This document shows, piece by piece, positions 23,901-31,303 of a DNA stretch of 64,000 bases. The notes below the pieces were generated by a model. It was not told where the DNA came from and did no database searches. It worked only from the letters and a program-made list of their open reading frames with translations. Each line of letters starts with the position of its first letter. Within the stretch, counting starts at the first letter, position 1. Where the stretch lies: assembly GCF_963676685.1 (NCBI RefSeq), contig NC_092349.1:40548001-40612000 (forward strand), read 5' to 3'. This stretch comes from Mytilus edulis. Taxonomy: Eukaryota. Made by a program: the position numbers and the translations under genes.

Positions 23901-24772
23901 GATGCTATAATAGCATATACAAAACATTTTTCATCTAAGTTTCTTATGTTGAGTAACGCTCTGGTTGCAGCAAGAGTTCTTGGTAGGGGTATATACGATC
24001 CACCGCCTAAAGGTTTATATTTAGCTGTATTAATCTCAATGTGTTTAATATGATCTAATGACCAACCGCTCCCATTTCGTATATACTCATCAAAACTTTT
24101 GAATATTTTTTGATATGTCACATTAATATCATGTTCATCATCTATATTTGCTCTATCAACTAGATTCGATGTCTTCGAGATAAAATGTGCATTATTCTTT
24201 AAATCATTACCACCTTCACCTCCATTCGGCTTGATCATTTGCACAAGACAATTCATATACCACTTAATATGACCGAGTTCATCACACATCTCTTGTAAAT
24301 GAGTTTTTACCTCATGCTTAATTCCAGATAAAAATGCTAGAAGATCATACTTTTCCCCATTATCCTCATTCGGATAAATGAAACGAGCTCGTGCTATTCC
24401 CAAGAGAGCAGACTTATCCACACTTTTATGTTTGATTGTAGTATGTGAATTTGAATCAGTGTTTCCTGAACCAGTCTGATAAGTTGTATGATCGATGTTG
24501 CTATGTTTAAACAAATTTTCCGCTGAATCAAAATGTCTATCACATTGTCGACATGGAAATGTACAACTGTTTCTCTGGTGTCTCTTCAGTTTGGAAGGGT
24601 GATCAAACAGAAGTTTACAATAATAACATGAATAGACCTTAACCGTAAGATTTGATCTGTTGTCATTATCAACACTCAATCGATCATTTAACTCTCGCAA
24701 CTGCTGTTGATATTGAGGGTTACTGTCAGGATAAAGACGCAATAAATCCTCGCAGAAATGATCATCAGCCAT
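20969..24772 (-). CDS. polB: Protein-primed family B DNA polymerase (pPolB), group-2-Polinton-like
   Basis: 1267 aa intact. Exonuclease YADMETF and FHNLKQFDAH; polymerase YVDANNLYG, KxxNNAIFGK and YTDTDS; EndoVII/HNH insert CHIC...RDHAH...CRDCN; N-terminal C2H2 fingers. Confidence 0.97.
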   Translation of the reverse strand: MADDHFCEDLLRLYPDSNPQYQQQLRELNDRLSVDNDNRSNLTVKVYSCYYCKLLFDHPSKLKRHQRNSCTFPCRQCDRHFDSAENLFKHSNIDHTTYQTGSGNTDSNSHTTIKHKSVDKSALLGIARARFIYPNEDNGEKYDLLAFLSGIKHEVKTHLQEMCDELGHIKWYMNCLVQMIKPNGGEGGNDLKNNAHFISKTSNLVDRANIDDEHDINVTYQKIFKSFDEYIRNGSGWSLDHIKHIEINTAKYKPLGGGSYIPLPRTLAATRALLNIRNLDEKCFVYAIIASIHPTCSGDPSKVHHYIPYEHELNMEGIQLPVAPSFVSKFERQNNISVMVLGFEEGEFFPLHVTGLREAHHEVDLLYLKSGNKSHWCLITDLNRLLYRTKCLGRSHKYCRFCLSGFTSEHTLEKHIKYCSKFEAQHVTYPTKGVDDILTFQDHAKQLQTSFVIYADMETFCEPMVTEEPEDNRTSTTKLTKLIPCGYGYQVVCIDDRYTQPPKIYRGENVSEHFLHSLLDENKRIKAILNNPEPLCMTVEDEEDFQSSTHCHICMEEFTDSTIRVRDHAHVSGKFRGASCRDCNLNFKEHTFVPVIFHNLKQFDAHLICSSIGIFKSEEIGCIATNAEKYISFNLSNLRFIDSYQFLNCSLEELVSSMSKENPKETFKHFTKEFDDDKRIALLLKKGTYPYEYIDNAARFNETELPSIDKFYSNLSEKTISQTEYEHAQRVWNQMNIKNIGEYHDLYLKTDVLLLADVFETFRKKWITNYSLDPANYYTLPGLSWQSALKMTGVRLELLTDPTMWLFFEQSIRGGLTMVSCRHAKANNPYLSNYDPALPTSYLMYVDANNLYGLSMSMPLAVGKFQWLSEEEINDFNVLNVSNNADIGYVIECDLDYPDNLHDLHNDFPLAVEKGVITNEMLSPHSRHLYEQANDDGKEYQPSTKLLATLKDKKHYILHYVNLKLYLKLGLVLKKIHNIVSFEQRPWLKQYIDFNTEMRKKATSNFEQKLFKNGNNAIFGKSMESLRKHINFSLCHRWDKFQKLTAKSSFKSFKIFNDHLCGVLQTKTKIFFNKPIYLGQMILDLSKAHMVDYYYNHMKKLYKENVTLCYTDTDSFIMHVRTDDIYRDMSLNSELYDFSNYPADHPLYTKDRKSIIGLFKDECKSIQMVEYIGLRAKMYSFITADDKETVVAKGIKTRNVRFEQYKNTLFNCSPLLSHMYTLRSFNHQIHMVKVVKSGLSPYDDKRHLLDDNVHSLAYFHRKLKEKH

Positions 24773-25012
24773 GACAATTGTGATATCAATAGCACTTTCA
24801 ACGTTTTATATATACTACGCGATCGTGGACTAGAACTAATAGGCGAACATATGTTATCTAAATATTTATTTTATTAATTAAATTTAAAGGTACACAGTGT
24901 AAATATACAAATAGACAATATATTATATACATATATAAATATAGACAAATTTAAAGAAAAATACAAGTGATTGATTGAAGTCTCCAATAGTTTTAAATAA
25001 TCCACTTCTTCA

Positions 25013-25408
25013 TTACAAATGAAATGATAACCATTTACTCTTTAATCTTTTGCGATTTTGCGATTTTTCCACATTTCTTAAGAATTTTTCAGGAGACATC
25101 TTGATAGCTTTACCCTCTGCTGCACCATCATATTCATCAACATCCATCCTATTTTCCTCTTGATTGTCTGATTTTGATCGATCTACAGTTTCTTTTAAAT
25201 TTTTCAATTCTGTTTTTTGCAAAACCTGACCACTACCATGTTGTTTGGTTACATCTTCTTCTAGGTTTATTTCTGTTTTTATACTGTCACTATCTTTACC
25301 ATCATATTCCTTTTCTTTTTCTTTCACATTAACAATTTCACATTGGTTGGACATATTCATCAATCTTTCATATTTCTCCTTGGGTAATAGTATTAACTCC
25401 CGAGTCAT
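25013..25408 (-). CDS. Hypothetical 131-aa Polinton protein
   Basis: ATG ORF in the packed gene block, with a charged middle and a QHGSG motif. Confidence 0.65.
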   Translation of the reverse strand: MTRELILLPKEKYERLMNMSNQCEIVNVKEKEKEYDGKDSDSIKTEINLEEDVTKQHGSGQVLQKTELKNLKETVDRSKSDNQEENRMDVDEYDGAAEGKAIKMSPEKFLRNVEKSQNRKRLKSKWLSFHL

Positions 25409-25709
25409 AGTATTTGAAAAAAGATGATATCAATGTTGGAATAATAACAATTATCTTCAGTAAACGTTTTCTCCTCAACTGAGGTGTTATATTATTAACT
25501 ACCACAGCACGAATGAACTTTGCAAAAGTTGAAAGATTCCTTTTAACCCTCTCAGACAATGGTATGACGCTTTTTAGACAGTTGAATACTATTTCTACTA
25601 ATAGTTGTAATTGTCTGTGGTCCGTGCTTTTTATGATTTGAGCAGATTGTTCAGGTGTAGTGTTCGCCAATAATTTAAGGAAGCTTCTACTTGATTCTTT
25701 TAAAATCAT
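25368..25709 (-). CDS. Small basic Polinton protein (113 aa), possibly virion-associated
   Basis: ATGA overlap with the ATPase stop. The QLQLLVEIVFNCLKSVIPLS motif resembles small proteins I recall from Polintons, and the C-terminus is hydrophobic. Confidence 0.65.
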   Translation of the reverse strand: MILKESSRSFLKLLANTTPEQSAQIIKSTDHRQLQLLVEIVFNCLKSVIPLSERVKRNLSTFAKFIRAVVVNNITPQLRRKRLLKIIVIIPTLISSFFKYYDSGVNTITQGEI

Positions 25710-26356
25710 TTTGGTTGATAAACAATCGTGTCCTCCCCCGGAAAAGGATTTGCGCGCAACTGATATTCAGGGTTTGAACCTGGTGCTATATCCACTATCA
25801 AGCAATTGTATGGTCTGCTAATTGCACGTTGGTAAACGTCCATGAAAAAGCGAACTTGACCTGGAAACATTTGTCGAGCTAAAGATTGTATTTGCAGTGA
25901 ATCTCTACCATTTTTGAAAAGAAAAAAGACGTGAGAATTCAAACTGATTGATCGCATAACCTTCCCCTTCTGATATAAATTTTGTAGTATAAAAATAATT
26001 GATGTTAAGGTGTGATGACTTAAAACGCAATAAATCTTCTGCATCAGTTTACAGTCCACTACTTCATCCATTTTATCATCAATGATCCATAATGTGTGTA
26101 TATCCTTATCAACAAGAAAATCACTTTCATCAGGCAGTTCCAGTTGAAATGAAATGTTGGAGACAGTTTTTTTCAATTCATCGAAGACATCTTGCCATAT
26201 GCTGTAACAGTAGTATATCTTCTGAGGTGGTATTGTAAACATTTCCTGAGCGTTCTCTAATAATCTTTTAATGTATGTAGTTTTTCCTGAACCCGTTGGA
26301 CCGACACATATTGAAGTCATGGGTGTTTGAAATTTCACCAAACTCATGATGATCAC
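25706..26356 (-). CDS. A32/FtsK-like DNA packaging ATPase
   Basis: Walker A GPTGSGKT, Walker B LWIIDD, and SHH...IFILQN and RSISLNSH motifs. Confidence 0.93.
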   Translation of the reverse strand: MIIMSLVKFQTPMTSICVGPTGSGKTTYIKRLLENAQEMFTIPPQKIYYCYSIWQDVFDELKKTVSNISFQLELPDESDFLVDKDIHTLWIIDDKMDEVVDCKLMQKIYCVLSHHTLTSIIFILQNLYQKGKVMRSISLNSHVFFLFKNGRDSLQIQSLARQMFPGQVRFFMDVYQRAISRPYNCLIVDIAPGSNPEYQLRANPFPGEDTIVYQPK

Positions 26357-26409
26357 CTCTTGCTCGAATGATGATTGTTACCATGTGTCTCATCATTTTA
26401 AACACTTTT

Positions 26410-26877
26410 TCATATGCAGTGTGAATAGGTTTTACCAATCACATTGAAAACAAAGATGTCGTTTGCTTGATGATTATCACTGAAAAAATCGTGAATGTTA
26501 GTTAGATCATACTCTCTACATAAGAGTGATAAGATGAAAATGCAATATTGACCGCATACTGATGAATTCTCACTCTGTAATCGTTTTTGATTTATTTCCA
26601 GAGATATCGCATTGTGTTCAAAGAATTTTAAGAAGTGACGTGAATAATAATCGGGAGAGTGTGCGAAGCTGTCGAAAAATATCCCTCTTCGTTCCTCATT
26701 TATGAAAAAGGCGATCCAGTGTGCACCATTCTCAAAATGATTTTCAGTGTTACAAATAAATCCCATGGGTCGATTTCTCACTATCTTAGGTATCTGATCT
26801 GCTGCAAATATACCAACAATTTTATCCTTCATTAGTTCATCACAATTAATCATACACTCCAATTGCATAGTGTTCAT
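26410..26877 (-). CDS. Adenain-like (Ulp1-fold) cysteine maturation protease
   Basis: Catalytic motifs GAHWIAF (His), FFDSF (Asp) and LQSENSSVCGQYC (Gln, Cys). Confidence 0.93.
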   Translation of the reverse strand: MNTMQLECMINCDELMKDKIVGIFAADQIPKIVRNRPMGFICNTENHFENGAHWIAFFINEERRGIFFDSFAHSPDYYSRHFLKFFEHNAISLEINQKRLQSENSSVCGQYCIFILSLLCREYDLTNIHDFFSDNHQANDIFVFNVIGKTYSHCI

Positions 26878-28196
26878 TCTTGAATTATGATGTCTCGAGT
26901 TTGAGTTATTTCAAAATATCCACTAAATTCACTATAAATGATTATAGTTGTTGGTTCAGTGAGGGGAGAATCAAATGTGCATTCCAAATTGACACGTTCA
27001 TTCCTTTTCAATGTTAAATAATCTAAACCTTCAAAAATTGGTTCCAGTTGAAAGGCATACAAGGCATATCCTTCAGAAAAACTGTCTCTGTTTAATCCAT
27101 TACCACAGTCTTGCAGAGTTTTCCCAGCAACCTCAAATAGATTGCGAAATGCAACAATGGATGATTCTCCACTTGACGAGTCAAATTTTACTCTGACAGG
27201 ATTCCCGGAAACTGGCACTCCCTCAACTTTAAGATTTATTTCACTTAGGTGGCAATGTTTGAATGTCCACGGACATAGTGAGTAGTCACCTGCTATGTTT
27301 TGACTCCCCGTAAAGGCTATCAATACCTTATTGGGTCTATTATTCTGGAATATGTTGTTGAAGTTAAAACTTATTTGACCAGCTGGAAGTGAAATTGTGC
27401 GAACATCATTTTGCACAATGGGATATTTAGCGTTTACTGTCCTGAGTATAGAATCGTGGCCATATACAATGCCGGGGTGAACGTGGATCTTTGCTATTGA
27501 TAGATACATATCTTCAATCTCAAGGTAATAATCAGCATCTTCATCAACCGACATTAGATAAAATTCTGGTCTCGATCTGTAGAATTTCACAGTAACTCCT
27601 ACTTGATTTAATATGTAACGATTCATTGAAAACAGGGGATGGAAAATGTTTCCTTCAAGATCAACAGTTTTACCATTTTTTATGTATGCTGTTCTTCTGT
27701 AGAGCCCAAGATTTGATCCTGTGTTACAATCTGCATCATCCAATGTTCCTTGATGATCGTCTATCCATAATTGACTTGAGAGCTGCGATTCTTTAGCTTC
27801 TTTCCCATATTTCAATAAAGTTTGCATATAAGCTTTGTAAGGGTAAAATCCTGTTGAAGATGTGACAATTTTATTTTGAATTAAAACATCTATTTGATTA
27901 AATAATGCATGCAAAACATAGTTCACAGGCCCGCAATTAACGTCACTGCTATCTGCTATGGTTCCATCTCCTCTTTTAAGTCTTAGACGTACATGCATTG
28001 TTGATTTACTTAAGTCTAGATACTCTGTTCCACCAGATATGTGAAACTCTATTGGCGATGTCTTTGTAAAAGTTGCAGCTGGTCGAATATGTTCATATGT
28101 GATTCTTGTGACTGCAGTTTGATGACCTGGTAGATTGAATAAAGACAACTGACTTGGTTGCAGCTCATGAAATGTTTCAGGATTTATTTTAGCCAT
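26874..28196 (-). CDS. Major capsid protein (double jelly-roll, hexon-like)
   Basis: 440 aa with the Polinton MCP signatures LSLFNLPGHQTAV, PIEFHI...YLDLSKS, N..HALFNQIDV, YPYKAY..TLLKY, RPNKVLIAF and GYALYAFQL. Confidence 0.9.
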   Translation of the reverse strand: MAKINPETFHELQPSQLSLFNLPGHQTAVTRITYEHIRPAATFTKTSPIEFHISGGTEYLDLSKSTMHVRLRLKRGDGTIADSSDVNCGPVNYVLHALFNQIDVLIQNKIVTSSTGFYPYKAYMQTLLKYGKEAKESQLSSQLWIDDHQGTLDDADCNTGSNLGLYRRTAYIKNGKTVDLEGNIFHPLFSMNRYILNQVGVTVKFYRSRPEFYLMSVDEDADYYLEIEDMYLSIAKIHVHPGIVYGHDSILRTVNAKYPIVQNDVRTISLPAGQISFNFNNIFQNNRPNKVLIAFTGSQNIAGDYSLCPWTFKHCHLSEINLKVEGVPVSGNPVRVKFDSSSGESSIVAFRNLFEVAGKTLQDCGNGLNRDSFSEGYALYAFQLEPIFEGLDYLTLKRNERVNLECTFDSPLTEPTTIIIYSEFSGYFEITQTRDIIIQE

Positions 28197-28204
28197 TTTG
28201 AATT

Positions 28205-28675
28205 TTACTGGAAAATATCCTTTTCAATTAGCTGATTCTTTAATCTTTTTTTCACACTCTGTACACTTCCTTTCTTACTGTTTGTTTTATTTTTCCTTCC
28301 TCCTTTCTTTGTCTTTTTCGTTTTCTTCTGCTCCCCTCTATGGCTTTTTCTATTACTGTTTTGTAACTTCCCACGTTTGCGTTTTATCTTTTTCACAGCT
28401 CGACTAATTTCCGACTTAGCATTTTCCACCTGCTGCTGTGCATGTGTTACAAGTTTAATGGGTGATTGCGCATGTGGTTTACTTTGTGGTAATGTGATTG
28501 GTTCCATGAAGCTAGCTGCTGAATTAGTGAGGGAACCACCACTCTGGATAGTTCTTCTGTATGAATTATTAAGATATGAATTGTGATGTTTGTCATTCGC
28601 TAGATTTTCATAGTACATTATCCATGTCCTAGGGTCTAGCACATATTGAGAATTGTTCAATTCCATGATTATCAT
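28205..28675 (-). CDS. Lys/Arg-rich putative core (DNA-condensing) protein
   Basis: 156 aa with a highly basic C-terminal half and an IQSGG motif. Lies between mCP and MCP. Confidence 0.7.
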   Translation of the reverse strand: MIIMELNNSQYVLDPRTWIMYYENLANDKHHNSYLNNSYRRTIQSGGSLTNSAASFMEPITLPQSKPHAQSPIKLVTHAQQQVENAKSEISRAVKKIKRKRGKLQNSNRKSHRGEQKKTKKTKKGGRKNKTNSKKGSVQSVKKRLKNQLIEKDIFQ

Positions 28676-29079
28676 GCAAAGTATGGATACGACCTGAAGT
28701 GCAGTGTAATCGACACTGGATTTTTTAAAAATGATGCATGACTCCCTTGCATGTCAGTAATAAAGAATTCAATGTCTCTTATTTCACTTTTCACCACTGG
28801 AATGTATGCAAGTTGATCAAAGTGGTAGTATTCAGTTTGAGAGCAGCAACATATTCGCTTCAATAAGGGTTGTTTGTTACCATCGACTATTACATCACCG
28901 CATATGTTTGCATATATATATAGATCATTATTTGATGATAATTTAATATCAACTAATGCGACTTTCCATTTTGATTTCATCACTATTGGCGTCTGAAGAT
29001 ATGTACGGAATTTGTGTGGTCTGTTATGTGGGTAAATGTCTAAATTTTTGTTACTGTTAATGACCATGTAAAAGCTCAT
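28672..29079 (-). CDS. Minor capsid protein (penton-like single jelly-roll), 135 aa
   Basis: ATG at 29079. N-terminal FYMVINSN..IYPHNRPHKFRTYL..PI...WKVALVDI and C-terminal YIYANIC...G...PLLKRI...YIPV...I.DIEF.ITD..G....F....V.ITLHFR. Confidence 0.75.
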   Translation of the reverse strand: MSFYMVINSNKNLDIYPHNRPHKFRTYLQTPIVMKSKWKVALVDIKLSSNNDLYIYANICGDVIVDGNKQPLLKRICCCSQTEYYHFDQLAYIPVVKSEIRDIEFFITDMQGSHASFLKNPVSITLHFRSYPYFA

Positions 29080-29080
29080 T

Positions 29081-30235
29081 TTAAAAGTCAACAATATCTC
29101 TCTCAGGAATCCACTGACAAAAACGTTTATCCCAATCCTGGAATTTTACATAACCCTCACGTTGACCATTCCGCCTTCGCCATTTAAGCACTTTCTCAAC
29201 AAACCACAATGCGTCAGCCTCCTTTTTCACACGCTGCAACTCTGTATAATTGAAATTGCCTACAACTTCCTTGTCCAAAAAATCTTGTACTTTATAAAAG
29301 ATTTTCCCATGTATTAGAAATCGTCTATATATTTTAAATATTTCGGAGGTCCACTGTTGCTGATAAGCTCTTTGAAACGGTTTCTTCAAATGGCTCAGTC
29401 TTACCATGTCATTGATTTTAAAATGAAACTGTTTCCCTCTTTTACGTTGTACTTTTAATGTTTCTTTCTTTTCTCTGATTCGTTTTTCTTTGGGTGGAGT
29501 TTTAATATACATATATGCCCACAAATCATATTTGTTTTTCTCATTCACATCTTTTGGAGCTGTATTATTTAAACTTCTATGTGGCGTTGCATTATAACTT
29601 GCTACCAAATTTTGTAGAACATTGAGATAGCTATAAGTTCTATGCTTTGTAAAATATCGGAACATCATCCTCCGAAATGTCAAATTGACCCTCTCTGCTA
29701 TTGACGCTTTACTACTGTCGGAATTTAAATAGACATGATGGTAAATGTCATATTTTTTAAACACACGTTTCAAATCTTTGTTTTTGAATTCAGTTCCCGC
29801 ATCTGTGGAAACCTTCAAAGGGATTTTACCATGTTTGAAGATTTTTTCAAATGCATCAGCTACTGTCTTCCCAAACTTGTTTTTTAATGGATAAATCCAT
29901 AAAAACCGTGTGAAAATATCGATAACAACCAACAGGAAACGTGTCTTATTGTTATATTTCTGTATGTTGGATACATCCATAAGGTCAGCATCGTATTGCT
30001 CATACGGTTCCGATACAATTATTTTCACTCTTTTAATTCTACGTTTTACAGGTTTTTGTAAATTGTAGTCGTCTATTTTTTCCATCCATTTCCTGATCTT
30101 GTATACGCTTGGTACATTTCCATCTCTTGATGTCTTCAACGTTTGATAAATTTTTTCAGCACTTAGGTATGCTCCCCCATTTGCTGTATTGTAATATACA
30201 TTCCTAAGTTTTTCATCTAAATCATCATTTTCCAT
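29081..30235 (-). CDS. Retroviral-like (RVE) integrase with C-terminal chromodomain
   Basis: DDE triad contexts DADLMD, STDAGTEF and AERVNLT; YNATPHRSL; chromodomain VEKVLKWRRRNGQREGYVKFQDW...QWIPE. Confidence 0.95.
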   Translation of the reverse strand: MENDDLDEKLRNVYYNTANGGAYLSAEKIYQTLKTSRDGNVPSVYKIRKWMEKIDDYNLQKPVKRRIKRVKIIVSEPYEQYDADLMDVSNIQKYNNKTRFLLVVIDIFTRFLWIYPLKNKFGKTVADAFEKIFKHGKIPLKVSTDAGTEFKNKDLKRVFKKYDIYHHVYLNSDSSKASIAERVNLTFRRMMFRYFTKHRTYSYLNVLQNLVASYNATPHRSLNNTAPKDVNEKNKYDLWAYMYIKTPPKEKRIREKKETLKVQRKRGKQFHFKINDMVRLSHLKKPFQRAYQQQWTSEIFKIYRRFLIHGKIFYKVQDFLDKEVVGNFNYTELQRVKKEADALWFVEKVLKWRRRNGQREGYVKFQDWDKRFCQWIPERDIVDF

Positions 30236-30581
30236 TGTTAAAAATAGGTTCCAAATCTATCATTTTTTCAACTTTATCTATTATGCGAGATGCTCTGTGC
30301 GGTGTTTTCAATATAGTATTTTTCCAATCTGTTGATTGTAAAAATGTAAGTTGATAGTAGACTCTCACATTATCTGGAATATTTGATTGTCTGACTAAAT
30401 TAACAAAATCGGTGTACACTTTATCTGTTTCTACTTGATAAAAAAAATCCCATGCATTTCCTCCACTTATGTGTTCCACTTGATTTTCCTTCTTCAGAAT
30501 GTCAAAAACTGACTTTGCATATATTATATCGAATATGTTATCAAGTCTGGCTATATTTTCACATGATTCTATCTCATCCAT
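30225..30581 (-). CDS. Hypothetical 118-aa Polinton protein
   Basis: ATG ORF directly upstream of, and overlapping, the integrase. Confidence 0.65.
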   Translation of the reverse strand: MDEIESCENIARLDNIFDIIYAKSVFDILKKENQVEHISGGNAWDFFYQVETDKVYTDFVNLVRQSNIPDNVRVYYQLTFLQSTDWKNTILKTPHRASRIIDKVEKMIDLEPIFNNGK

Positions 30582-30628
30582 GTTTTATTAATAATAATAA
30601 TAATTTATAATGTATGATATTTTTGTTT

Positions 30629-30670
30629 GGGTTAGGGTTAGGGTTAGGGTTAGGGTTAGGGTTAGGGTTA
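30629..30670 (+). repeat. (GGGTTA)7 telomeric repeat tract in right TIR
   Basis: Seven perfect units read directly. Confidence 0.98.
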
Positions 30671-31303
30671 ATTATTATATTTACCAATTAAACTTTTATC
30701 AAATTAAAGCTCTCAAATTGTTTTAAATGTTCCTTTTACTACTTCCATATCCAGCATATCAACAATTTAAATGATTGGTAATGCGTTAAATTGTTTAATG
30801 AAATGAAAATTTTTTTTAAATGTTCAATTTACTTTTACTACTTCCATATCCAGCATATCAACAATGTTAAATTGATTGGTAATGCATTAAAATTGTTTAA
30901 TGCAGTGAAAAAAAAAATAAAAACATTCTTTTATATTTTACAAATTAAAAATCAATATTTTGATATTATCCAACAAATATATTATGCAATTTTTGCTGAC
31001 GGGGGCAAAATTTTTGTCAACGTGGCAAAAATATTTGCTGCTGCCACACAATATATACTACTTATATATATATGTGCGTATAGAATTTTATATTTATTCT
31101 TCTGTCCTTGGCCAAATCGGCACAAGTTATATAATGTATTCTAAAACTCTGACAGTAAAACTATACAATTATTTAAATGCAGCTTGGAAAATTAGATCAC
31201 ATATATTATCATAAAATTATTGTATACTCTGTAACTTCTGTTCTCTGCTGTCTTTTGTTTGTCATATATTGTATATTTCGTTTGCCATAGCCGATCTGAT
31301 AAA

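Larger units (their letters stand above)
13251..31062 (-). mobile_element. Polinton/Maverick (adintovirus-like endogenous virus), 17,812 bp
   Basis: Ends AGTAGT (13251) and ACTACT (31062). 6-bp TSD TATATA at 13245-13250 and 31063-31068. Long terminal inverted repeats and intact pPolB, integrase, MCP, mCP, protease and ATPase ORFs. Confidence 0.97.
29635..31062 (-). repeat. Right terminal inverted repeat
   Basis: Reverse complement of 13251-14679. Confidence 0.95.
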
